Part shown: positions 36,812 to 50,280 of the stretch, piece by piece
Layout of the letters: the number at the start of each line of letters is the position of its first letter
How positions within the stretch are numbered: the stretch's first letter is position 1
DNA from: Eledone cirrhosa
Lineage: Eukaryota
Direction of reading: 5' to 3'
Length of the DNA: 64,000 bases
Assembly (NCBI GenBank): GCA_964016885.1
Contig: OZ024741.1
Coordinates: 172,794,001-172,858,000 of the forward strand
The notes under the pieces: model-generated
Seen by the model: the letters and a program-made list of their open reading frames with translations, nothing else
The model's database searches: none
Told to the model about the DNA's origin: nothing
Program-made: the position numbers and the translations under genes

Positions 36812-39800
36812 CTACAGGCTGATATAGAGAGAAGGCCCATTCACTCGGGCCATTCTCACCACTTTCACCCACCTTTCATAAAACTTGCTGGGGTACAGCA
36901 CCTCTCTCTCGATCCTGATTCTTCTTCCAAAGTGGTATTTGAAAAAAAGAATCAGTTGTTGGCCGGCTAGAAAGGTGTCTGACCTCAGCCCTTTTAACCT
37001 TGTCCACCATACAACCTCTTTCGCCATAGCTATCACACAAAGGAAAACCGATTCTCCTTCGTTTTTGAAGGAGGGTGGCGGTTTGATCATGACAATGGAC
37101 TCGGTGCTCAACCGGATTGGTCCCACCCGCGACAATAGCCGTTCTACATAGCCCCACAGATCGGTAAAGACCGGGCAGTGTATGAATGCGTACGCGACGG
37201 TTTATTCGTCTCGCACGCATCTCGGACAGATCTTTTTCGAAGGGTCCCTGCCCGGGCGCCCATGTCTGTAGAGCTTGTCTCGAACTGATAGAGCTCCTCA
37301 GTAGCAGTGCCAGGCCAAGGACTTTGGAAGTTGTCCATCGGTCCCGGGCGGAAGGTCCTACCGAACAGACTGCCCAGTTCGTCTTCCTCTACGCCTAGAG
37401 TTTCTCCGAGCGCGTCGTCGCACCTGCTGCGGATCAACCCTCTATAGAATGACGAAGTGGAGTCTCCACTGATCACCGGGTCCGCCTGCCAGAAGGCTGT
37501 GAGAGCCTGAGCACATTCGATGTGCCAGTCGCCCATTTTCTTCGGTCTTTTCTTGTCCCAGGACTGCAGCTCGGTCAGCGAGATGAGTCGTTGGAAGGCT
37601 CGCCTCACGAACGGGGCCCACACCGGTTGTCCGGTGAGGAATACGTAGAGATGCCGCAGCCTGAGCGCGTGTTTGCGCATCGTCAGCCACGGCATCCCCG
37701 GCCCTCCGTTCGAAGGGTGTTGGCAGCAGATGGATCTTCTCACCAAAGGAGCCCGCTTCTTCCAAAGGAATTGGAAGAGCGGACGCTCCATTTTGGTGAG
37801 CGTTTTGGCTGGACAAGGCACGACGGTCAAGCGGTAGTAGATGACGGACGCTATAAAAGTGTTCGCCACCTCCGCTCGACCTTTCATGGATAGTTTGCAC
37901 TCGGCCCACTTCTGCGTGAGTGCAAACACCTTGGCCGTAACCTCGTTCCAGTTCTTCTCCACCTGGAGATCCGGACCAAACCAGACCCCGAGCAGCTTCA
38001 CCGGTCCTTCCGTACAGCGTCCGACGACGACCCCATCGGAAGCATCGGTTTGCCTCTCCAGGATCCGAGTTGAAAACCGATGGACTTGTCCCGGTTCAGC
38101 TTCGCTCCTATGAACCGTTCATATTCCGTCAGTAAGGTGCCGACTTCATCGATTTGCGATGTGCTCGGCAACATTACTGTCACGTCATCGGCGTAGGCCG
38201 ACGCCGCTTTCCGCAATCCCGGTTCTAGAGGGATGCCCTGCAATAGCTCCAACTTCCGCAGTGGTGGATCGTGAGTCAGTACGTACAGAAGGGAGGAGAG
38301 AGGGCATCCCTGTCGGATGGATCGCGTGATATGGAACGGCTCCGAGAGGTAGCCGTTCACCTTGACCCTTGAGCAGATGTTGCTGTGTGCATTGCAACAA
38401 TCCAGCCTCTGAACACGGATCCGAAGCCTGCCGCCTCGAGCACTGCATCCAGGTAACGATGGTCAACCCTATCGAAAGCCTTAGACTGATCTAAGTTGAT
38501 CAGGGCTCCACCGAAGCCGGGTTTACACCCTACCCTCTCTACGATGTATCGCATGAGGTGGAGGTTGTCATGTATGGACCTAGTCGGGACTGCGTATGTC
38601 TGCGCTTCTCCCACCAGGTTTTCGACGACAAGCGCCAGCCTCTTTGCCAACACCTTGGCCAAAATCTGTAACTTTGTGTTTAGCAGAGTTATGGGCCGGA
38701 AGTTGCCTATGTCATCCCCCTTATTCTCGTCCTTCCTAACTAGTGTGACTACGCCCCTGGTCACAGAACTAGGCATTCTCCCGTTCTGCTGCCAGTTGCA
38801 GTAGACCGCTTCCAGGAGACCGGAGAACAAGTCCTACATTGTTACGTAAAATTCGTAGGTTAGACCGTCGAGACCTGGAGATTTGCGTTTGCCGCATTGG
38901 CTCAGCGCGTCCCCTATCTCAGCGGCTGAAATCGGCTTTTCGCAGAACTTCGCCTCGCTGTCCGAGAGTCGCGGTAGGCCGTCGAGGTATGGACAGAAAT
39001 CCATAGCCCTTCCCGGCGCGCCTCCCTGCCCGAACAGCTGAGCAAAGTGCCGCTGAAAGGCCACGCACATCTGCTTCGGCTCAAGTATCACGCGTCCGTC
39101 TTGGTCCTTCAAAGACCGAATCGTGGACTTTTTGCCACTTTTCGCCTCCGTCACCCGGGCCCAGCTAACAGCTTTGGCTCCCTCGTTACCCAGAGCATGT
39201 ATTTTGCTTCTGACAACGCAGCCCTCGTGTTTTGCGTCGAAGAACTGGTCCAAGGCCGTTCTCGTTGCTAGCACGCTGGCTACGTTGCCACTTCTAATTG
39301 CCTCTTCTACTTTATCTACCAGTTCCTTCTCGGTCCTATTTCTATCTAACGTTAATTCTTTACTAAAGACTAACGAGTCTAATCTAACTCTAATGTAATC
39401 TTGAGAGAGTACCATCATCTGTTGTTGACAATGACCCCTGTCAAGTACTGTTTAACTAAAGTGATAATCCGTCTACTGTAGGTTTTGCATGTCGGTAACG
39501 ACAAGTTCAGCTTCCAGTAGCCGGGTCCTTGTCTATGGATTCTATCAAGGTTGATCATGCAGGTCACTAGTTTGTGATCTGAATAGGCAACCATGAACAT
39601 GTATGGACAGCTTAACATGTCCCTATCCTTATTTCTAACTAGAACCCTATCTAGGTACGATCTAGATGTTCCGCTACGATTAGTCCACGTCCACAGTGGC
39701 ACAGTCGGAAAATCTAGTTGATATCTATCGGCCAGGTCAAATCGGCCGATCAACTGTTTGAGGCTGTTACACCCCCCTTTATCGGGACATGCTCCCACAT

Positions 39801-40268
39801 AGTCCCAACCTGCATCTAGGATTCCATTCCAGTCCCCCCCCCCCCCACCCCACTAAAAGCAAGGAGCGGGACGTTCCCAGAAAAGTCTCTAGACGTTTGA
39901 AGAAGTCTGGCCGCGGTGTCCCGGATGGGGCATATGCGTCCACCAGCCTGAAGGCTCCACCTGCACCACCGTCAACCTCTAGGACCACCAGTCGACTATC
40001 TGGGTCCAGATGTACCGTCTGTGTTACGAGGTCCAGGTGTTTCCGCAGCAAAACGGCAACCCCCGCCCCCACCTCCCGACTGACATAGAGATGCGTAAAT
40101 CTCACAGTCGTTGAAGATGGGGGCCAGCTGTCGCTCGCTGTGGATCCTGGACTCGCAAATGGCTACTACATCAAAACTGTGCGACCTGAGGTTGTTTAAG
40201 AGTTTGCCCTGTTTCCAGGGCATCCCCAGGCCGCGTACATTCACACATCCAACTCTTATATTGGCCAT
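36812..40268 (-). pseudogene. LINE ORF2 (APE endonuclease - RT - Cys domain), multiple frameshifts and stops
   Basis: Motifs CVNVRGL, ICESR, SYLDRVL, SDH, GPGYWKLN, KSPGLDGL, NFRPITLLN, LDQSKAFDRVDH, RQGCPLS, AYADD, KLLGVWFG. Confidence 0.92.
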
Positions 40269-40312
40269 GTTGGTGCTGAAAAGTTAAAAGAAGAGGAAAA
40301 TAAATCACTCAC

Positions 40313-41986
40313 CTATTCGTCTCTTAGGGAGCAGGCTGCACGATTTCCATGGGGGTGTTGGAGGGGTTGTCTGGGTTGGTGGTGGTTTCCGGTGGGGTAG
40401 GGCCGGAGATGTTTGGTGGGGAGGGGGTATCTGGAGCAGGGAGTCATTTGAGAAGGACGCGGTTAAGTGGTTTCACGCAGGAATTCCCCACATCCTTTTC
40501 AAATGTTTCTTTTAGGGACCTATAAGTTTGTATAGGTACCCTAATCAGTTTTAGGTTCGGTTTTTTATTATTTTTATTGGAGTGTGCGAAAGTTTTCCCT
40601 TCGGCTTTCACCGAAGGGTTGTTAATGATGGTCTCCATTAGTGTTTTGTTTTCAGTGTTTAAGTATGTGTAAGTGTAATTTTCTTGTGCTGTGTTTGTTT
40701 TCGTCTATAGTTCTTGTGTGTGTTTCGTATTGTTGTAGGTGTTTGTGTTTGGAGTGATGTCGTAGTTTTGTTTTCTGGACGGGGGGTTTTTGTTTGTAAT
40801 GTTTGTATTGTTTTTGTTGGTGGTTGTATGTTTGTAGTGATATTTGTTGCTTTTTTATTCTTGCGGTGTCTTTTCTTTTTTCTTTTCGAACGGAGAGGCT
40901 CTCCCTCATCGTCACTTGGTGATGATGAGGGGGTCTCGTCCGTTGTGGTGTCTGTGTTATTTGGAGGGGGTATGTGTTGGGGAGCTGTTGTGTTTGTGGG
41001 TGTTTTTGCAGTGGTTTTAGGTGGAGTGGGGTTGGGTGGGACTGTACTTGCAGTTTGGTTTGTTGTTCTTGTTTTGGTTATGTTTGCATGTTTTTGTTGT
41101 TGTTGTTGTGGTGGTGGTGGGGTGGTGGGGGGAGTATTGTTGTTGGTTTTGTGGTGTTGGTGGTGGTGGTGGTTGTGTTGTTGTTTTGGGTGTTGGCAGT
41201 AGTGCCTCCTTTTTTTTGCAGCTAGCTGAGGACAGTAAGCCTTCAGGTGACCACTGCTTAAACAGTGGTAACATGAAGGCCGCCTACCCGCAACAGAAAT
41301 GTTTATGTATGAAATCCCATCCGCGTTGGGGTATTTTAGATATCCGTTCTGGCCTCATTTGGACCAGAACTTCCAGGCTTGTGCCATTGAGTGTGCCTCT
41401 GGAGGACTTTACCACTGAAATGATGGTATCTTAATCGAAATCGATGAAGCCAGTCAAAATCCACCAGACTTTTACATTTGGTGTAATGTTCGAAATTTTA
41501 ATCTTCTGGGTTCTTTTTCCCATATATGTGGAGAAAAAGGTTTAAAGGGGGGACACAATCGGCGACACAGAATATTTTTGTGTCGTCAATTGGTCTTTCA
41601 TCAACACCGAAATGCTTCCAAAAAGTTTACCCTTTTGGATAAAGGCAATATCCTTCATTGAATTTTTCAGAACCAGTTCAATGTTGTTTTGGAATAATTG
41701 GACTGGTTTTTTTTTGACACATTTGAAACTGTCCTAAAAATTACTGTTTTTAGGATAGTTTCTCTACGTAACTGTTGAGGAGAAGTGATGCTGAAAGCAC
41801 CACTCTCACCAAAAGTTACACACTGCTTTGCATCACTTAACAGCTCCCTAGCATTGGAGATGTCAAGATATGTAAACAGTTCCGTCTTTTGAACGGTTTG
41901 AGCAAAGGAAATCTTTTCCTTGTTTGTGGAGTTGTTCGTGTTGCTGTTGTTGTTGGTGGTGTTGTTGTTATCATTGTTGCTGTTGC

Positions 41987-42056
<70 letters not shown>

Positions 42057-42245
42057 CTGGTTGGTGTTGTTCACATTTTTCATCTTATTGGTATTGTTTG
42101 TTGTTCCGTGTGTAGTTGTGTCAATTGTTTCAATTTCAACATTTTCTGTGTTTTTTGGTGTCTGTTGTGAGCTGTTATTTTCATCTTTTGTTATGTGAAT
42201 ATTCATTTCTTTACGAAACGAAGTTTTGTTGTTGTTTGTCTCCAT
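40313..42245 (-). pseudogene. LINE ORF1 with poly-Asn N-terminus and CCHC zinc knuckle, frameshifted
   Basis: Starts METNNNK...(N)n...ISFAQ. Reverse complement of ~41215-41290 translates GRRPSCYHCLSSGHLKAYCP (CX2CX4HX4C). Confidence 0.75.
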
Positions 42246-42532
42246 AGATACTTCTATGGAACTAGAGGGAGATATAACGCCTATATCTGTCTAGCGTTCG
42301 CTGTAAGTCACACATTGTTAAAGTTAGGAAAATGTTTAAAACTTGTCAATTTTTTTTTAATTAAATTTCCGTCCCTCTGGGGCGAAAACTGAGATTACAA
42401 CCCAGCTGACAATTCAGCCTGGGTGTTAATCTATCAAACAATATAAATTTTTACACAATTAATTCTGTTTTTGTATGGAAAATTTTACAAAAGCTTACCA
42501 GCGATCTACCGCACGTCCGATAGAGAAAGAGT

Positions 42533-42590
<58 letters not shown>

Positions 42591-43954
42591 TGCACATGTA
42601 TATCTATTATCCACATGTGCATGCATATATGTGCTTCTGTTTGTGTAAAAACAAATAGGGCGGGGGGTAAGAGTGAGGGGAGAAGTCATATATATGTAGA
42701 TGAGGATCTATTATCCACTTATGCATTCATACATATATACGTGTGTTTATGTGTATATGTGTGTGTGTATGTTTGTGACTGTGTATGCTCATATACAGTA
42801 TGTATGTAAATTTACGTATTTGTATGTACGCATGCATGCGTGAGTGCATATGTGTATGTGCACGTGGCTGTATGCGCGTGTGACTGTGTGTGCGATTGTG
42901 TATGCAAGTCTTTATGTTTGTATGTTGTGAACTGGTGTGTATGCACGTGGCTATACATGTGTTTTTCATACGTGTTTTTATGTGTCTCTGAGTCTCTTGC
43001 CTTGTGTGTTCCTTTATAAATCGACCCCAGAACTTATTTGCTATATTATTTTTAAGGGCGGTGGATTGGCAGTATCGGTAGCAGGTCGGATGCCTTGATT
43101 TGCAGCATAGAATTACGTCTCTTTATGGTCTGAGTTCAAATCCAGCCGATATTAACTTTGCCTTTCATCCTTACGGGATCGATAAAATAAAGTGCCAGTA
43201 ATGTACTGGAATAATTGCTGGTCTTGGGCCAAAAGTAGAAACAAATATTTTTATCGTCCCTTGAAGGATGCGAGGCATTGTTGACTTCGGCAGGATTCTA
43301 ATTGAGATTCCAAAAGGGCGCAACATCCTGTTATTCAATCTCGGACATTTTGGATTCTGGTAATTCGTAAATATATTTTGCAAAAGAGAGAAAGAAAGAG
43401 TTGGGGGTCTAGATGCACCATAATAGTTTCTTATATAGGCACAAGGCCAGCAATTAGCCAGTACATTATTGGTACTTTATTTTATCGACCCGGTAAGGAT
43501 GAAAGGCAAAGTTAACCTCGGCAGGATTTGAACTCAGAATGACAAGAGCCGTAACTCTATGCTTCAAAACATGGCGTCCGACCCACTACCGATACTGCCA
43601 ATCCATCCATCGAGACCTATAATAATGGTTTCTTATATAGGTACAAGGCCATCAATTTATTGGACATTGAACCCTAACAGAGCGCATCACCACTCCAGGT
43701 CTGTACACAACGGATTTCTTCCAAGGAAAGAGAGTGAATGAGAGAGAAAGTGGGTAAAAGCTAAGGAGCAAGAATCAACACTAGTAATGAATACATGTAC
43801 ATATACATACACATGTATAGATGTGTGTGTCTCTAATTTTCCATCCCGCTCACTTATGTATATATATATATATATATATATATACATACACATTTATATA
43901 TATATATACATACACATTTATATATATATATACATATATATATGTGTGTGTGTG

Positions 43955-44548
43955 TGAATGTATATATAGTGTATTTTTCAATAAACTGTATGCTTAATTA
44001 AAAGCATTTTGAAGACCATACGCTATTGTTTAAAAGTAGCGACAATGTCACTTACTTAAATTTTCAGCAAACAGGGGAGATAAGCTGACAGAGCTCTGTT
44101 TCGTACTTGTTGGTACTTATCAAAGTTCACTACTCTCCCTGTTTGCTGAAAATTATGTATGTTGGATTCTTATAGAATTCCATTAAGTACCAACAAGTAC
44201 GAAACAGAGTTCTGTCAGCATATCTCTCCTGCTTGCTGAAAATTTAAGTAAGTAACATTGTCTCTACTTTAAAACAATAGCGTAAGGTCTTCAAAATGCT
44301 TTTAATTAGGCATACAGTGTATTGCAAATTACACTATATATACATTCACATATATATATCGCTATTTCAGAGCACCAATTCTAATTTTTAATTTTTGTTG
44401 GACCTGCAACTGCTCTGAATAATCAGTTCCTGATTATCACTGGAATTCTATAAGAATCCAACACACATAATTTTCAGCAAACAGGGAGAATAGTGAGCTT
44501 TGATATATATATATATATCTCGCTATTTCAAAGCCGCAATTCTAATTT
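43955..44548. mobile_element. Second retrozyme-like family: one 320-bp monomer (44184-44505, +) with an inverted partial copy (43955-44182)
   Basis: Shares blocks with the 310-bp unit (atagcg..aggtcttcaaaatg, attcacatatatatcgctatttcagagca, cagttcctg, attctataag). The monomer starts and ends inside the ribozyme core, implying a 320-bp period. Confidence 0.8.
44081..44130 (-). ncRNA. Type I hammerhead with U3-A8 core
   Basis: Reverse complement: gaact TTGATAA gtac-caacaa-gtac GAAACAGAG-CTCTGTC^agctt. Stem I extends as aattttcagcaaacagggaga / tctcccctgtttgctgaaaatt. Confidence 0.78.
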
Positions 44549-44687
44549 ATATATATATATATATATAATTATACATATATACATATATATATATACATAC
44601 ATACATAAACCTATATATATATACATATATATACATACATATACATATACCTATATATATATACATATATATATATACATACATATA

Positions 44688-44753
<66 letters not shown>

Positions 44754-44754
44754 C

Positions 44755-44785
<31 letters not shown>

Positions 44786-44826
44786 CATATATAGATATAT
44801 ATATATATATATATATACATATATAC

Positions 44827-44873
<47 letters not shown>

Positions 44874-45008
44874 TATACATATATATATATATATACATAC
44901 ATATATATACATATATATATATATATACATATATATATACATATATATATACATATATATACATATATATATACATATATATATACATATATACATATAT
45001 ATATATAC

Positions 45009-45093
<85 letters not shown>

Positions 45094-45144
45094 CATATAT
45101 ATACATATACATATACATATATATACATATACATATATATACAT

Positions 45145-45179
<35 letters not shown>

Positions 45180-45180
45180 C

Positions 45181-45211
<31 letters not shown>

Positions 45212-45216
45212 CATAC

Positions 45217-45249
<33 letters not shown>

Positions 45250-45360
45250 CATATACATATATATATATATATACATATATATATACATATATATATACAT
45301 ATATTTATATATATATACATATATATATATATACATATATTTATATATATATACATATAT

Positions 45361-45413
<53 letters not shown>

Positions 45414-45487
45414 ATACATATACATATATATACATATATACATATATATATACATATCTACATATATATATATATATACACATATAC

Positions 45488-45518
<31 letters not shown>

Positions 45519-45547
45519 CATATATTTATAGATATATATATATATAC

Positions 45548-45591
<44 letters not shown>

Positions 45592-45624
45592 GTATACATA
45601 TATATATATATATGTATACATATG

Positions 45625-45656
<32 letters not shown>

Positions 45657-46006
45657 CACACCGAACTGCATTTAACCCTTTGTGTTTTCATTGGTCAATT
45701 TTTGTTCCCAAACGGACCTGAAATTTTGAATTGTTGTTATTATCAATAAATATACTTCATTATTTCTGAAGACGGCGTATATATGTGTTTGGTATGTATA
45801 TTTAATCTTGATAATTTGTATATTTTTGTATAATTTTGTACATAGATCTGTTGAATATGCATACCAATTCTAACACATATATATCCTAGAAACGATCGTT
45901 AAATAATGAACTTTTTTTGTTTAATATAAGGAATTGTTTATTCATTATTTGTTTAATATTTTATATATATATATATATACATATACTTATATATATATAC
46001 ATATAC

Positions 46007-46159
<153 letters not shown>

Positions 46160-46665
46160 CATACATATATATATATACATATACATATATATATATATAC
46201 ATACATATATATATATATATACATATATACATGGTGGCTGCCAACTCGTTTTCTAGTACGGCCACTACTTTATATCCATGTAGGAGAAACCCAACCGATG
46301 CGCTGAACGAGTGTGACTTTTTAGTCCAGCCAGCGACTTGAAAACTCTGGTACAAACACTACACTTGTGACAATTATTGACACATAGTGCTGGGCCCATG
46401 GTACCATGTGACGACAAGTGCAGAGAGATCTCCAGATATAAAGCAATGCCTGTGCCGTGAAGCTTTTATAGTGAGCAAAGGCACTGCACAAAGCCAGTCC
46501 CACTCTCTTAACCAAGCTGATATTTACCAAAACGAAGAACAAGTCAACATCATTATATACATCCATACATACATACATACACATATATATGTATATACAT
46601 ACATACATACACATATATATATATATATACATGTGTATGTATGTATGTATATACATATATATGTG

Positions 46666-46717
<52 letters not shown>

Positions 46718-47136
46718 GATATATATATATACATACATACATATATATATATTTATATATATTGTTATACTTGGGGAGGGTCATATTTGTGTAATATTGC
46801 CAGAATTAATAACAGAACACAATCACTGTTTGGTTGGTTTTATATATATTTATATATATATACACATATATATATATACATACATACATATATATATACA
46901 TACGTACATACATATATATATATACATATATATATATACATACATACATACATATATTTACACATATATATATATATATATATACATATATAAATATATA
47001 TATATACATATTTATATACATATATATATATACATATATATATATGTGTGTATACATATACATACATATACATATATGCCAATTTGCCTTGCACTTTCTC
47101 CCTCGTCCTTTTCGTTGTATATACCCATCTATATTT

Positions 47137-47225
<89 letters not shown>

Positions 47226-47767
47226 GTCTCTCACTCACACACCATAAACAATGCTTCCAGGGAAAATGTAGCTTCACGATTACGCACATGTTTATTGGAA
47301 GAAGAAGAAGAAGAAGAAGAAGAAGAAAAAGAAGAAGAAGAAGAAGAAGAAGAAGAAGAAGAAGAAGAAGAAGAAGAAGGTGGTGATAAAAAAGAAAGAA
47401 AGAAAGAAAGAAAGAAGGAAAGAAATAGAAGGAAAGAAAGAAAGGAAAAGAAAGAAAAAAGAAAGAAAGAAAAAGAAAGAAAAAGAAAGAAAATAAAAGA
47501 ATGATAGAAAGACAGAAAGAGAGGAAGAATGAAAGAAAGAATGACAAAAAGAAAGAAAAGAAAGAAGAAATGAGTTTCAAAAACAAAAACAAAAAAAAGA
47601 TTTACAAAGCGAAAGAAAGAAATTAGAAAGACAAAATGTGATTGAGTAAGGGATTAGGAAGACCTTGAGAAACGGAGAAAGAATGTTAATAAGAACGAGA
47701 GACGATAAGCAATATAGAAAGAAATAATTCAAGAACGAGATTAAGAAAAAGAAAGAAAAATTTTGCA

Positions 47768-48061
47768 AATATATAGAAAGAAAGAGTGAAACAGGAAAGA
47801 TTGTAAAAGAGAAAGAATATATAGAAAGAAAGAGTGAAACAGAGAAAGATTGTAAAAGAGAAAGAATATATAGAAAGAAAGAGTTAAACAGAGAAAGATT
47901 GTAAAAGAGAAAGAATATATAGAAAGAAAGAGTTAAACAGAGAAAGATTGTAAAAGAGAAAGAATATATAGAAAGAAAGAGTTAAACAGGAAAGATTGTA
48001 AAAGAGAAAGAATATATAGAAAGAAAGAGTTAAACAGGAAAGATTGTAAAAGAGAAAGAAG
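47768..48061. repeat. ~48-49-bp purine-rich minisatellite, ~6 copies
   Basis: aatatatagaaagaaagagt(g/t)aaacag(a)gaaagattgtaaaagagaaag repeated. Confidence 0.85.
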
Positions 48062-48098
48062 TTTCAGAAATGCTGGAAGACGAAGATCGAGAAGAAAG

Positions 48099-48129
<31 letters not shown>

Positions 48130-48766
48130 AGAAAGTGAGAAAGAAAAATAGAAAGAAAGAGACCGAGAAAGTTTCAAAGAAACAGTTTAAGAAAGTAAAA
48201 ACAACTAAAAATAGGAAAGAAGGAAAGCTAGAGAGAAAGATGTGGAAAAAGAAGAAAACGAGCAAAATAAAGAAGAAATTAAAGAGACTGTGTGAAAGAG
48301 AGAAAGAGTGACAGAGAGAAAGGGGGAAAAGTGGGAAAGAGAAAAGAGCAGAAGAAGGAGAAAAAGAAAAGGTGTGTATGGTATAGCTTATCGTTAGAGA
48401 CTATTTTAAATTTTGCCCGTTCGATATGTCGACAATCTTAATTACCGATTGACGTCATCAGAGTTGTGTTGAAACACGTGCAGTTAGGTGCAATACACGT
48501 GGTCAGGCTTACTTTCACTATCATAATATTGACAATAACAATGATGAGCATGATAATAATGATGACGTTGATTGCGATAAACTATATTGAGCAGATTTAT
48601 AGTATAATAGAAAGGATATTACCTACTGCCATGGGTTTATTATGAATTTAACTTTGTCTGCTCTGCGTATTTTATTGCTTTATTTATAGTTTACCACATA
48701 TATATACATGTGCATGTACGTATGCATACTTGTGCGTGTATTTGCAGCAATACATATGTCGTGTGA

Positions 48767-48814
<48 letters not shown>

Positions 48815-48815
<1 letters not shown>

Positions 48816-49060
48816 CATGACTTAGTGGTTAAGAAGTTCACCTCGCAACCATGAGAGTCCGGGTTCGATCCTAATTCGTGGTATCTTTACCATAGACTGC
48901 GTTTGAAAATTGAGTAAAAGTTTGTGGCAGCCCATTGTATGAATTCGACCTGTAATTCAAATGCTGTATTACTCTGATTCAGATTAGGGATTTCTAGACG
49001 AGTGTGTGTGTCTGTAGAATAATCAGCCACTTACGCGTTAATCCAATAATCTCCAAGCGA
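48815..49060 (+). mobile_element. Old tRNA-derived SINE of a different family
   Basis: Box A-like TGACTTAGTGG and box B GGTTCGATCC. Confidence 0.45.
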
Positions 49061-50039
49061 TAAACAAACCGTATTATCTCAAAGAAAAATACGCATATGA
49101 TATTGCCGGCTGTTGTAAGGAGTCTAGGTCATTGCATATAAATATTAATTGTTTCTATTTTGGGCACAAGGCCAGCAATTATCTCAGACCATTACTGGTA
49201 CTTTATCATATCTACCCCGTAAAGATGAAAGGCAAAGGTAACCTCGGCAGGATTTGGACTCAGACCGTAAAGTGACGTAATTCTATGCTGCAAAGCATGG
49301 CGTCCGACCCTCTACTGATACTGCGAATCCACCTCTCTTGCATATTAATATTAATAAGCGTCAGATATTTCCCTATATCATGTATAGAAAATATTTATGA
49401 ACTAAACCATAAAGAAAGAATACAAAATATAGGAAATAAAATTGGTAGACAAAATAGAAAACGTGATGTAGGGAAGTTGTAAAGGGTGTAGTGAATTCAA
49501 GAAGAGTAATTAAATGGTAAAATACAAAGATTTTCTTCTTGTCGTGTACACATCTCCCCTACCATCCTCCGGGGAAACGCCTTCTCCATCCTGTCCGCCG
49601 GGGCTGTGGGGAGGCCAGCACGTGGGACCCCATTTGCTCACCATACAGAGAGATGGGGAGGCCGAGAGAGATGGAGGGGATGACAGTGGGAGTTCGGCTC
49701 TTCCACGTTCGGACCATATCCATGTGGTTGTGTTTATTATCTATATAGAAAATTATAGATGATAATTATGTTTAGTGTGATGTATAGTGACAATTTACAA
49801 ATGGAATAAGCATTCATTGATTACATTGAATAAGCATTCATTGATTACATTGAATAAGCATTCATTGATTACATGGTTCCTGGTTGTTTTGAGTGCCTAT
49901 TATAAATGATATGTTGTTGTGTCATCAATTTTAACCCTTTCTTCTGAAGACTACTCCCACCTTACTCCTTCCCTAATATGTCATCCGCCACGTTGCTCCC
50001 GGCCGACATGATGGAGAATATTTATTAGAGTGTCTGTTA

Positions 50040-50280
50040 CAGAGCTTGGCTAGATGTGGTTCCACCACAGCCAAACACATTGCTGTCCTTTCTCGTTAAA
50101 CTATGCCAAGTCCAATGCTGTGCAGGGGTCTTCCTGCAGAGGGCATATCAGGAGGTGCTGCGTAGTCTGTGGTTCGATGCTGCAGTCACACAAAACGTCC
50201 CCATCCTTTAAATATCCCCATATTGCAAGACTGACTTTTGCAAGTCAAGATAGGAGCGTCCACGCCGCGGCCCTGGGAGT
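50040..50280 (-). mobile_element. 3' fragment of an Ingi/Vingi-like LINE
   Basis: Reverse complement translates LAIWGYLKDGDVLCDCSIEPQTTQHLLICPLQEDPCTALDL (WG...CxC...QT..H....CP knuckle). Confidence 0.5.

Larger units (their letters stand above)
36576..42400 (-). mobile_element. Near full-length L1/Tx1-clade LINE (ORF1 + ORF2), decayed
   Basis: Two tandem ORFs and a 3' AATAAA near 36580; 5' boundary approximate. Confidence 0.9.

Noticed and set aside
48420-48470. CTGATGA on the minus strand followed by a hairpin (also ~4905-4950 and ~9250-9325)
   Set aside because: GAAA half or stem I is disrupted; too decayed to call.
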